Below are positions 1 to 8,231 of a DNA stretch of 29,838 bases, piece after piece. The notes below the pieces were generated by a model that was given only the letters and a program-made list of their open reading frames with translations, was not told the DNA's origin and searched no databases. Source of the stretch: Polyangiales bacterium (GTDB taxonomy: Bacteria; Myxococcota_A; Polyangia; Polyangiales; Polyangiaceae); assembly GCA_038230375.1 (NCBI GenBank), contig JBBRNJ010000100.1:1-29838 (forward strand), given 5' to 3'. Position 1 is the first letter of the stretch. Each line of letters starts with the position of its first letter. Position numbers and translations under genes: made by a program.

Positions 1-342
1 ATCCCCGCGCCCATCCCCGCCCCCACCGAGACCTCTGCGATCGGAGAGAGCGCGCGCGCGTCCGACGGGCTGTCCGACGAGTGGCTCACTGGGTCGTGGA
101 AGGTTGCGTCCACCACGGACCCGCGCATGCTCCCGTTCCTGGGCGCGCGCGTCGACCTGTCGTCGGACCAGGCGGAGATCTCGCTCCATGGCTGGCGCAA
201 GGCGACCACGTTCAGCCGCCACGGCGCACAAGCAGACGTCGCGGTGTCAGGTCGCACGGAGTCCGTCACGCTTCGGGCGGTGCCGCAAGGCCTGCGCATC
301 GAGGGCCCGTTCGGGTCCGCGATCCTCACGCGTATCGAGTAG
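1..342 (+). CDS. 3' end of a hypothetical protein (truncated by the window edge)
   Basis: Frame is open from position 1 (IPAPIPAPTE...WLTGSWKVAS...) through the listed 127..342 ORF to TAG; no family recognised. Confidence 0.65.
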   Translation: MPAPIPAPTETSAIGESARASDGLSDEWLTGSWKVASTTDPRMLPFLGARVDLSSDQAEISLHGWRKATTFSRHGAQADVAVSGRTESVTLRAVPQGLRIEGPFGSAILTRIE

Positions 343-381
343 AGATGTCACAAAGCGTCACCGCTCCGGGACGAACGAGGC

Positions 382-1644
382 ATGTGGAGTCTCCCGGTTC
401 GTTCTGGAGGCGCTGGCTTCGCTCGCCGCCTCTTCGCCTTCGCGCTCTCCCCTGTTGCCGCGGCGTTCTGCGCGGCCGTACCGCTCCTTGCGTGCGTGTC
501 CGTCGCGCAGGTGAAGCAGTCGGCGGTGGATACCGCGATCTCGACCGCGGCGCCGCATCCAGCATTCCCTCCGCCGCCGCCCGCCGCGCTTGCTGGCTAT
601 TCGCTCTTCGCCGGTGACTTCCATACGCACGTCGCGCCGCCCGATGGCCCGCCGCATGTGGTCCGTGGCATGCACGAGACCGTGGAGCTGGCGAGGAAGG
701 AGCATCTCGACTTCGTCGTGCTGACACCACACACCTGGTCGCGCTTCTTCTCGAGCCCACCGATGCGCGCGCAGGTCGTCGCCCACAGGAACGAGATGCG
801 CCGCGCGCTCGCGGCAGAGGACACGGGCAACGTGCTCTTCGTGGTGGGTGCAGAGTACACGGATGGCGCGTACGGTCATGTCGGCATGGCGTTCGGTGAT
901 CTCGACCGCACGCTCGCGGAGGTCCCGGCCGCAAGTGCGAGCGCCCACGCCGACGCCTTCTTCGAGCACTACATGGCGAACGGCGGGCTGCTCACGGTAA
1001 ACCATCCGCTGGTCGGGCCGATCGACTCGGCGTTCGAGATGGCACGCGCGGATCTCTCATGGCGCATGTACACGGCGCCAGACCAGGCATTCCCGCCCGA
1101 GGTGCGCGCAGTCACGCGGCTCTCGTTCTCGTACGAGGCCTACAACACCACCGCGACGGAGCTCCGCGATCGCATCCTCCTGTCCGACCGTGATCTGACC
1201 TTGCGCGCGACGCTCGCGCTCTACGACGGCATGATCGAGCGCGAGAAGCGGCGCATCACCCCCGTGGGCGGCTCGGACAGTCATAGCCACTACCTGCGGG
1301 CCACCACGTTCGTCGCGGCGCGCGAGCTCACGGAGGCGGCGCTGCGGGATGCGATCAAGGAGGGGCGCACGTGTATCCGCAGCGCAGATGCGTGCACGCT
1401 GGAGGCACGGGTTCCGGGCGGCGCGTTCGTCGGAGTCGGTGGCGCGCTTGCGGACGCAGACGGCGTCGTGGAGGTCCGCGCGCGAGGGAGCCACATCACG
1501 GTGTTCGCGTCGGGCGCGGAGGTCGCGACGCCCGCATCCGGCGAGATGGTGCGAGTCCCGGTCGCGCGCGGGCGGTGCGTATCCCTGCGCGCCATGGTTG
1601 GCGATGGCTACTCCGCGCCGATCTACGTGGGTTGCGGGCTTTGA
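382..1644 (+). CDS. Exported PHP-domain metallohydrolase (CehA/McbA-like)
   Basis: N-terminal hydrophobic segment; PHP motifs GDFHTH, LDFVVLTPH, AEY..GH, VNHP, GGSDSH; beta-rich C-terminus ending YSAPIYV. Confidence 0.85.
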   Translation: MWSLPVRSGGAGFARRLFAFALSPVAAAFCAAVPLLACVSVAQVKQSAVDTAISTAAPHPAFPPPPPAALAGYSLFAGDFHTHVAPPDGPPHVVRGMHETVELARKEHLDFVVLTPHTWSRFFSSPPMRAQVVAHRNEMRRALAAEDTGNVLFVVGAEYTDGAYGHVGMAFGDLDRTLAEVPAASASAHADAFFEHYMANGGLLTVNHPLVGPIDSAFEMARADLSWRMYTAPDQAFPPEVRAVTRLSFSYEAYNTTATELRDRILLSDRDLTLRATLALYDGMIEREKRRITPVGGSDSHSHYLRATTFVAARELTEAALRDAIKEGRTCIRSADACTLEARVPGGAFVGVGGALADADGVVEVRARGSHITVFASGAEVATPASGEMVRVPVARGRCVSLRAMVGDGYSAPIYVGCGL

Positions 1645-1730
1645 GCCCCGAGATGGCAGTTCCCCGTGCCCGTGCGCCCCTGAGCAGGTGGTACATGAGA
1701 CCCCCACCCTCGGCCCATGGGAAGACCACT

Positions 1731-1759
1731 TCGACGACCGACATCCAACAAACTATAAT
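1731..1759 (+). promoter_or_regulatory. Candidate sigma70 promoter TCGACG-N17-TATAAT
   Basis: Perfect TATAAT at 1754-1759 in an AT-rich patch, with a 4/6 -35 match 17 bp upstream; lies upstream of CDS 1819. Confidence 0.45.
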
Positions 1760-1818
1760 AATATCAACGGATCGGTCCCGGCCTACATCTGCGCACACTT
1801 CGTGCGTTACAGCCGAGT

Positions 1819-3078
1819 ATGGTCCGACGCATCCTTCTCGCAGCGGCTCCCCTTCTGATGATGGCATGCGCGGCCTCGGCCGACCCTTCGGTTGACGAGC
1901 CCGTCAATGAAGAGGAGGACGTGTCCTCGCTCGTCTCCGGGAAGATCACCGCGCACGAGATCTCCGAAGCGGCCAAGTTGCCCTCCACGGCGCCGGCGCT
2001 CGGCAATCAGCGGGTCCACCTGATCGACGTCGGCACTGGGCTCAGCATCCTCGTTCAGGGGCATGACTTCACGATGCTCTTCGACGGCGGATCGAACGAT
2101 GACTCGAAGGGTGTGACCGCATCCTCCGGCGCCGCCGGAAACCAGAGCCGGCTGCTCGCGTACCTCTACGCCACGCTGGGCCCGTCGGGCGGTCCCGAGT
2201 GCGTTCCGCAGGGAGACAAGTGGAAGAAGGGCTCGACGTTCCCGGAGCTCACCATCGACCATCTCTTCCTCAGCCATGCTCACCGTGATCACATCAGCAT
2301 GCTGGGCGACGTTCTCCATTGCTACAAGGTCAAGAACGTCTGGGAGCCCGGCGCCGTCTACGACCAGGTCTCGTACCGGGAGTTCATCGCGTCCGTCGCG
2401 GCGGAGCCGGGCGTCGTCTACCACACCGCAGCGAAGCCCCCGACCACCCTCCCCAGCACGTGGCAGGGCGCGAAGCTTCCGGCGGACTTCAAGTGGACGT
2501 CGTTCGCGGAGAACGATCGCGTGACCCTCGGCAAGAATGCCTCGTTCAAGGTCCTGCACGTGGACCCCAATGCAACGCCTGCAGAGGCGAACAACAGCTC
2601 CATCGTCCTTCGCGTCGCGCTCCGCAACCGCTCGATGCTTCTGATGGCAGACGCCCAAGGCGGCGTGCGGGAAGACCCGGATTCTTCGGTCAACTCCGTC
2701 GAGAAGGACATCCTCTCGCGCCACGCGAAGGAGCTCGATGCCGACATCTACCAGGTGGGGCATCACGGCTCGTCGACATCGAGCCGCCGCGAGTTTCTGA
2801 ACGCAGTGTTCCCGCTGGCCACCGCGAGCGCGGGCCGACCCCGGTTCTCGATGATCAGCGCGGGGCCGACCCCGTACGTGGGCCAGGTGCTGCCGGACCA
2901 GAACGTGGTGGACGAGCTCACCAAGAACCATCCCGCCATGCAGATCCTCGCCACCAACACGCACGACCGTCTGGGCGGTCCCGGACACCCCGACAACTGT
3001 CCGGCCGCCGATCGCGTCGGCATGGATGACGAGGCACCGGGCGGCTGCGACAACTTCGTCCTCGACATCACCCCCTGA
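1819..3078 (+). CDS. ComEC/Rec2-type MBL-fold metallo-hydrolase, lipoprotein
   Basis: Lipobox (LLMMAC); motifs IDVGTG, SHAHRDH (HxHxDH), NNSSIVL, MADA, VGHHGS, ISAG. No ComEC membrane channel domain. Confidence 0.85.
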   Translation: MVRRILLAAAPLLMMACAASADPSVDEPVNEEEDVSSLVSGKITAHEISEAAKLPSTAPALGNQRVHLIDVGTGLSILVQGHDFTMLFDGGSNDDSKGVTASSGAAGNQSRLLAYLYATLGPSGGPECVPQGDKWKKGSTFPELTIDHLFLSHAHRDHISMLGDVLHCYKVKNVWEPGAVYDQVSYREFIASVAAEPGVVYHTAAKPPTTLPSTWQGAKLPADFKWTSFAENDRVTLGKNASFKVLHVDPNATPAEANNSSIVLRVALRNRSMLLMADAQGGVREDPDSSVNSVEKDILSRHAKELDADIYQVGHHGSSTSSRREFLNAVFPLATASAGRPRFSMISAGPTPYVGQVLPDQNVVDELTKNHPAMQILATNTHDRLGGPGHPDNCPAADRVGMDDEAPGGCDNFVLDITP

Positions 3079-3198
3079 CCGCGCACGGCTCTGACCTATC
3101 TTCTGCACACGACACACTGTCGCAACGCTCGTACCAAGCTCGAATCGCGCAGTTTGTCGGGGCATTCGGGCCGTCAGAGCTGACCACGGACACCTCCA

Positions 3199-3214
3199 CG
3201 CCTGACCACGGTCA
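3199..3214. repeat. 16-bp element CGCCTGACCACGGTCA (TGACC-N2-GGTCA palindrome), copy 1
   Basis: Identical to 26642-26657; lies between convergent genes; partial copy CTGACCACGG at 3180-3189. Confidence 0.5.
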
Positions 3215-3251
3215 GCTGCGGAACGACGGGCAGTGCTCCCCGTGCGCTGGC

Positions 3252-3920
3252 TCAGCCCGTCTGCTTGCTCGACGTCAGCTTGGCCAGCGTGTCGAGCGCA
3301 CCCACGGACATGGTCACCTGGACGGCCCATCCCTCTGGCACCTTCACAGGCTTCGCTGTGACCCTCTCGGAGAGCAGCGCGGATAGCGCTTTCGCGCCGC
3401 GCTCCGTGAGAAGGCGCGCCGATTTCCGGGGGTTGTCACGGCGCGCGTTGTCTCGGCTGAGTCTGGTCCGCCGGACCTCTCGGTTGAGATCGCGGACGGA
3501 GAGACCGTCCACGCTCATTTTCTTCCCGTCAATGTGGACCCCGGTCGTGAGGAGAGACATTGGTGATTCCTCCGGGGCGGTGGCGTGGGCGTAGCGCACG
3601 AGCGCGTACGACTTCTCCATGCCGAGCGACGAACGCACGCGCCGGGGGAACGCGCGAACCACCGCCATCATCTTGTAGGCCTGGCTCCGGCCCATGACGT
3701 CTTCCGTTGCGAGCATCTCGTCGAACGTGGTGTAGCCGAGCGGGAGGAACAGCTCCTTCTTCTGGATCTCGACGAGCGCCTCGCCAATGTCGAACAGATC
3801 GCGCTCCACGTTCTGCGACTTCTGGCGGATCTCGTCGAGGAGATCCCGCCCGCGCCTCACCTGTGCGGTCTTGGTGGCCTCACGCGCGAGCTTGGACAGC
3901 CCCTTCCCCTTCGTCTGCAT
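3252..3920 (-). CDS. Basic hypothetical protein, DUF3102-like putative DNA-binding domain
   Basis: ATG at 3920 with a GAGAGGGG RBS; segment IGEALVEIQKKELF..LGYTTFDEML...GRSQAYKMM resembles DUF3102-type proteins. The longer 4472 start overlaps the divergent kinase and was not used. Confidence 0.7.
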   Translation of the reverse strand: MQTKGKGLSKLAREATKTAQVRRGRDLLDEIRQKSQNVERDLFDIGEALVEIQKKELFLPLGYTTFDEMLATEDVMGRSQAYKMMAVVRAFPRRVRSSLGMEKSYALVRYAHATAPEESPMSLLTTGVHIDGKKMSVDGLSVRDLNREVRRTRLSRDNARRDNPRKSARLLTERGAKALSALLSERVTAKPVKVPEGWAVQVTMSVGALDTLAKLTSSKQTG

Positions 3921-4037
3921 GTACGTTCCCCTCTCTGCTCCGAAGATAAGATTGTTCCAGCACCGGCGGCCGATTTCCAGGCGATTCGCAACGTCCAGAC
4001 GTCTGGACGTGACGACGGTTACGCGTAGCATTGCGAC

Positions 4038-5036
4038 ATGAACGAACTCGACGAGCTCACCCGGCGAGCTCAGAGCCGCGTCGGGCAATCTCTTCGCGGC
4101 AAGTACCTGCTGGAGAGGCTGCTCGGCGTGGGTGGCATGGCCGCAGTCTACGAGGCCACGCACCGAAACGGAATGCGCGTCGCCGCGAAGGTCCTCCACA
4201 AGGAGATCGCGAGCGACAAGGGCGCCAAGATGCGCTTTCTGCGCGAAGGCTACGTCGCGAACCGCATTGGACATCCCGGCGTGGTGAAGGTCCTCGACGA
4301 CGACGAGGACACGGACGGGAGCGCCTTCATCGCCATGGAGCTGCTCGACGGGATCACCCTCGAGCGAGAGTGGAGCAACGCCGGACAGCGCTTGCCGCTC
4401 ATGCGCGTGGTGGCGATCCTCGACGAGCTGCTCGACGTGCTGGATGCCGCGCACGCTTCCGGTGTGATCCATCGTGACGTCAAGCCGGACAACGTCTTCG
4501 TCACCAACGCGGGCCCGCTGAAGGTGCTGGACTTCGGGATCGCACGCATCGTGGACCAGTCTCGCGTCACGCGCAGTGGGGAGATGATGGGCACCCCGGA
4601 GTTCGTGTCACCCGAGCAGGCAGGTGGCCGCGTTCGTGAAGTGGACGCCCGTGCCGATCTCTTCTCGCTTGGCGCGGTTGCGTTCACGCTGCTCACGGGC
4701 GAGTACACGCAGATCGCGAAGACAGCGATCGAGCGCATGATCTACGCGGCCACCAAGCCGGCTCGCAGGTTGGTCGACGTCGCGCCCGCGGTGCATGCAG
4801 ACATCGCGCACGTGATCGATGTCGCCTTGTCGTTCGCGATCGAGGATCGCTGGGCGAGCGCGCGGGCCATGCGCGCCGCACTGCGGAGCGCGGCGACGAA
4901 CGCCGGTATCACCCTCGGCGCGATGCCGTCGCCTCGAGACCAGGTCGACGTTCCCCCGTCAGTGCCAATCTCGCTGCCAACGCCCTCGAGCACCACGACC
5001 GTGGCTCACGGCTCCGTCCGCAAGCCAGACGAGTAG
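4038..5036 (+). CDS. Cytoplasmic Hanks-type Ser/Thr protein kinase
   Basis: GVGGMAAVY, VAAK, HRDVKPDN, DFG, GTPEFVSPEQ, DLFSLG; no TM helix. Confidence 0.95.
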   Translation: MNELDELTRRAQSRVGQSLRGKYLLERLLGVGGMAAVYEATHRNGMRVAAKVLHKEIASDKGAKMRFLREGYVANRIGHPGVVKVLDDDEDTDGSAFIAMELLDGITLEREWSNAGQRLPLMRVVAILDELLDVLDAAHASGVIHRDVKPDNVFVTNAGPLKVLDFGIARIVDQSRVTRSGEMMGTPEFVSPEQAGGRVREVDARADLFSLGAVAFTLLTGEYTQIAKTAIERMIYAATKPARRLVDVAPAVHADIAHVIDVALSFAIEDRWASARAMRAALRSAATNAGITLGAMPSPRDQVDVPPSVPISLPTPSSTTTVAHGSVRKPDE

Positions 5037-5146
5037 CGCTCCGAGAGTCGCCGCCCCGAGCGATACAAACGCGGAACGTCAGTACGAGCAATTCTCGATG
5101 ACGTATGACCCCTGCGGTCGACCGTCTCCTTGGGCCGACCCTCGGC

Positions 5147-7009
5147 TCACGGGCACATGAAGCTCGTGAGGTAGCTCGTACACGTGTTCTCGTTGCCCTG
5201 CGCGACGATGAGCTGCTGCTCGCAGGAGCTCCTCTGTGGATCCGCGAGCCCCTCGCAGCAGGTCTTGAGGTGCGTACAGTTCGCGCCCGTCGGACACGTG
5301 TACGCATCGTACGTCTGGCAGGTGGCCTCGTTGTTCCCAGTGGCCTGCAGATACGAGTAGCACTGGGACTGACCGCCGCCGGTGAACGTACCGCAGCAGG
5401 TCTTGAGCGCTGCGCAGTTGGTCCCCGTTGGGCAGTACTGCGCAAGACCCGTCTGGCAGCTCGTCTCGTTGCCGGCGTACGAGTTCAGGACACTCGTGCA
5501 CTGCTGGTTGTAGGTGCCCGGACCGATCGACTTGCAGCAGTCCTGCATGGACTTGCACTCGGCCTGCCATAGCGCCGGGCACTGACCGGAGGCGTAGCTG
5601 GTGGAGTTGAACGGAACGACGATCTGGGTACCAGGAACGAGCTGGTTGTCCTGCGCGTCGCCCTGCCCGGTGCCACCGCACAGCGTGCACGCCGAACCGC
5701 AGTCGGCGGCTGCCTCTTGAGCCGTCGCGTAACAGAGGTTGTTGGTGGCGCAGGTGTACGGCTTGTTCGCAGGGCAGCAGGCCTCCTGGTTGCCGGTCTG
5801 GTAGCACGCCTGTGTGAAGTCGTTGTTCAGCGCGGTGCACGCCGACTGCTGCTGCGCGCTGAACGTCGCACTGTGGCAGGTCGTCGCGTTGTACGCGGAG
5901 TTGCCGACGATGGTGAACGACAGCTTGTGGTCGTTCATCGGCCCGCTGCGCTTCGGGCTGCAGTAGCTCGCAGCATAGATGCTCGTACCGCGCGAATGGA
6001 TCGCATCCGTGACCTGCCCGATGTCGGCGACGAGGTCTGCGTACGTCGGTGCGATGATCGGGTGTGGGTCCAGGTTCTTCAACGCGTTCACGTCCAGCGT
6101 TGGCGTCGCGCCCGTGGTCGTTCCGATGCCGACTGCCACGATGCGCTTGTTGCCCTGCGCTTGCGTCACGGCTTGAAGGGTCGCGCGCGCGGCGTTGTCC
6201 CGCCCGTTCGTGATGACCACGCACAGGCCTGCTGTGAGCTGGCCACTCGTCGCGTTCATACTGGAGAATCCGTCGGTCCATTGCCCGAGGGCGTTGATCA
6301 ATGTGCCGTACAGGTTTGTCGATGTTCCGTCCGCCGTCGTGATGCCGTCAATCGCTGCGTTGAGCTTGGTCTTGTCGTTCGTGAAGCCGACCCTGACGTT
6401 GGGCGTCACCTGGTCGGCGAATGTCATGACCTCGATCGTCTGCTCCGGGAGCATGTTGGCGATGATGGTCTTCGCAGCCTTCTTCAGCGTATCGAGCTCG
6501 CCGTTGGCGATGATGCTGGGCGACGTCTGGAGCACCAGCACCGTGGGAATGGTGAGCTGGTTGCCGGTGAGCGGGGTCACCGTGAAAGACGACTCCGTCG
6601 GGTCGACAACGGCGTTGTCCTCGAGGTACGTGAACGCACTTGGCTTGAGGTTGGGCACGCCGTGGTTGTTGGCGTCGGCCACGCTGAAGAAGAGCGAGAT
6701 GTTCGCCGTCTGCGTGATCGCCTTCGTCAGCGGCGTCAGCGTCAGCGGGTACGCGAGCCCCGTTGGTCCGCCATCTGCGGCCGGTCCAGCGTCGCTCCCG
6801 CTTCCGACGCCGTCGCCGTTTCCATTCTCGTTGCCCGGAGCGCCACCCGCGTCGGGGGTAGAATACGTGCCTCCACCGCCGCCGCTGGAGCACGCGGACG
6901 TGGCTGTCGCGGCTGTTGCGAGGAGAGTGAAGAGAGCAGCCCACCGCGGGCCGGTCGATGCGCGGTTGAGCCGAGCCCGACGTGGGAGACATTTCACTTC
7001 TTGCATCAT
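5147..7009 (-). CDS. VWA-domain lipoprotein with C-terminal Cys-rich repeats
   Basis: ATG at 7009 after AGGA; lipobox TSAC; Ig-like segment (FSVADANNHGVPNL...F...ED); VWA motifs VLVLQTSPS, TNLY, ITNGRDN, VAVGIG; three CxxL/MxxCC repeats at the C-terminus. Confidence 0.8.
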   Translation of the reverse strand: MMQEVKCLPRRARLNRASTGPRWAALFTLLATAATATSACSSGGGGGTYSTPDAGGAPGNENGNGDGVGSGSDAGPAADGGPTGLAYPLTLTPLTKAITQTANISLFFSVADANNHGVPNLKPSAFTYLEDNAVVDPTESSFTVTPLTGNQLTIPTVLVLQTSPSIIANGELDTLKKAAKTIIANMLPEQTIEVMTFADQVTPNVRVGFTNDKTKLNAAIDGITTADGTSTNLYGTLINALGQWTDGFSSMNATSGQLTAGLCVVITNGRDNAARATLQAVTQAQGNKRIVAVGIGTTTGATPTLDVNALKNLDPHPIIAPTYADLVADIGQVTDAIHSRGTSIYAASYCSPKRSGPMNDHKLSFTIVGNSAYNATTCHSATFSAQQQSACTALNNDFTQACYQTGNQEACCPANKPYTCATNNLCYATAQEAAADCGSACTLCGGTGQGDAQDNQLVPGTQIVVPFNSTSYASGQCPALWQAECKSMQDCCKSIGPGTYNQQCTSVLNSYAGNETSCQTGLAQYCPTGTNCAALKTCCGTFTGGGQSQCYSYLQATGNNEATCQTYDAYTCPTGANCTHLKTCCEGLADPQRSSCEQQLIVAQGNENTCTSYLTSFMCP

Positions 7010-7074
7010 GGTTCCTGCTCTTTTCGTGCCTGCGGTGGAATCGTGGGTTGGGCTTGAATGGGTCGGTTCGTCTC

Positions 7075-8103
7075 TCACTTCAGGCACGTCGACGGATCGT
7101 TCGCGCCCATGCACTGGTAGGTGAATGACGTGCTTCCGTCGCACCACCAGTACCCAGCTGCCTCGCCGGACTGGGTCGCGCCCGCCGCGAGCGCTCCTCC
7201 GCTCCTGTCGCCCGTGTTCGTGGTCACGCGGCAGTAGACGTTCGCGCCGCAGTTGTTCGTGAGGGTCGCGACGAGCTCGTTGTTGCAGGCGCTGTTCGAC
7301 TTCGAGTACGTCGCGGACACGCAGTTCGTCATGGAGTGGCAAGTCGCGCCGCCACCGCCGCTTCCACCGCCGCCACCAGAGCCGCTCCCGCCGCCGGACC
7401 CACCGCCACTCCCCGCGCCACCACCGCTTCCGCCGGACCCACCCCCACCGCCGCCGCTTCCGCCGGACCCACCCCCACCGCCGGTCGTCGGCGCCGCGCC
7501 GGCGATGTTCATGGTCGCCCGGCCGGTCAACAGCTCTCCGCTCGACAACTTCACGTTGAACGTCGCATCAAGAGCGCTGCCCGCCCCACCCGGCGTGGTG
7601 ACGTTGTTCGCGCCGACCTGGATGGCGCCGGCCCCCCCGGTGCGGGTCCCCGCGGTCGTCGTGTAGACGAACGCGACCTCGTGCGGGGACAGGCCGGACG
7701 GCGATTCGTCGATGACGCTGGATACCGGAATCGTCGCGCTCTCGGGTGCGTCGGCGTTGAAGCTGATCGTGATCCAGCCGGGGCCAGGATTGAGCCACGA
7801 GCCCTGCGAGTTCGCCGCAACGATCTGCCAGGTGTAGACGCGCGTGGACGCGTTGAAGCGGAGGCGGCAGGCGTCGTAGGTCGGAGCCGTGCCACCAGAC
7901 AGCTGGAGGGACGCGCTGAGCGAGCAGCTCGCGGGCTCCACGTCGAACGATGTGTCCGAGGTCGCACCGCTACCGCCGCCGAAACCGCTGCCGCCGGACC
8001 CGTCGCCGCCACTGCCCGAGGAGGAGGACTCATAGGAGGGGGCCGGATTGACGGCGCAGGCAACGAGCGACAGGGACGCGAGGAAAAGGGCGATTGATCT
8101 CAT
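7075..8103 (-). CDS. Gly/Ser-rich lipoprotein with C-terminal Cys-rich beta domain
   Basis: MRSIALFLASLSLVAC lipobox; long GGSGG linker; C-terminal domain with about 8 Cys (LTNNCGANVYC). Confidence 0.8.
   Translation of the reverse strand: MRSIALFLASLSLVACAVNPAPSYESSSSGSGGDGSGGSGFGGGSGATSDTSFDVEPASCSLSASLQLSGGTAPTYDACRLRFNASTRVYTWQIVAANSQGSWLNPGPGWITISFNADAPESATIPVSSVIDESPSGLSPHEVAFVYTTTAGTRTGGAGAIQVGANNVTTPGGAGSALDATFNVKLSSGELLTGRATMNIAGAAPTTGGGGGSGGSGGGGGGSGGSGGGAGSGGGSGGGSGSGGGGGSGGGGATCHSMTNCVSATYSKSNSACNNELVATLTNNCGANVYCRVTTNTGDRSGGALAAGATQSGEAAGYWWCDGSTSFTYQCMGANDPSTCLK
7424..7483. repeat. Two perfect tandem 30-bp units within the Gly-rich linker
   Basis: CCGCTTCCGCCGGACCCACCCCCACCGCCG at 7424-7453 and 7454-7483. 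Confidence 0.85.
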
Positions 8104-8114
8104 GCCCCAGCTTG

Positions 8115-8130
8115 AGCAAGGCACGAGCCA
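8115..8130 (-). promoter_or_regulatory. Sigma54 -24/-12 promoter TGGCTCGTGCCTTGCT
   Basis: GG-N10-GC, close to TGGCACG-N4-TTGCW; predicted +1 near 8104, at the ATG (8103) of the lipoprotein. Confidence 0.7.
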
Positions 8131-8231
8131 CTTACGATCTGCCGTATTTTCGAGCCTTTCACCGACTGTGCGGGCGTGCGCACGGTGGGTAACGCGTGCG
8201 CGCACGTGCGGTCTCGGGGTAGTGTGGGATT

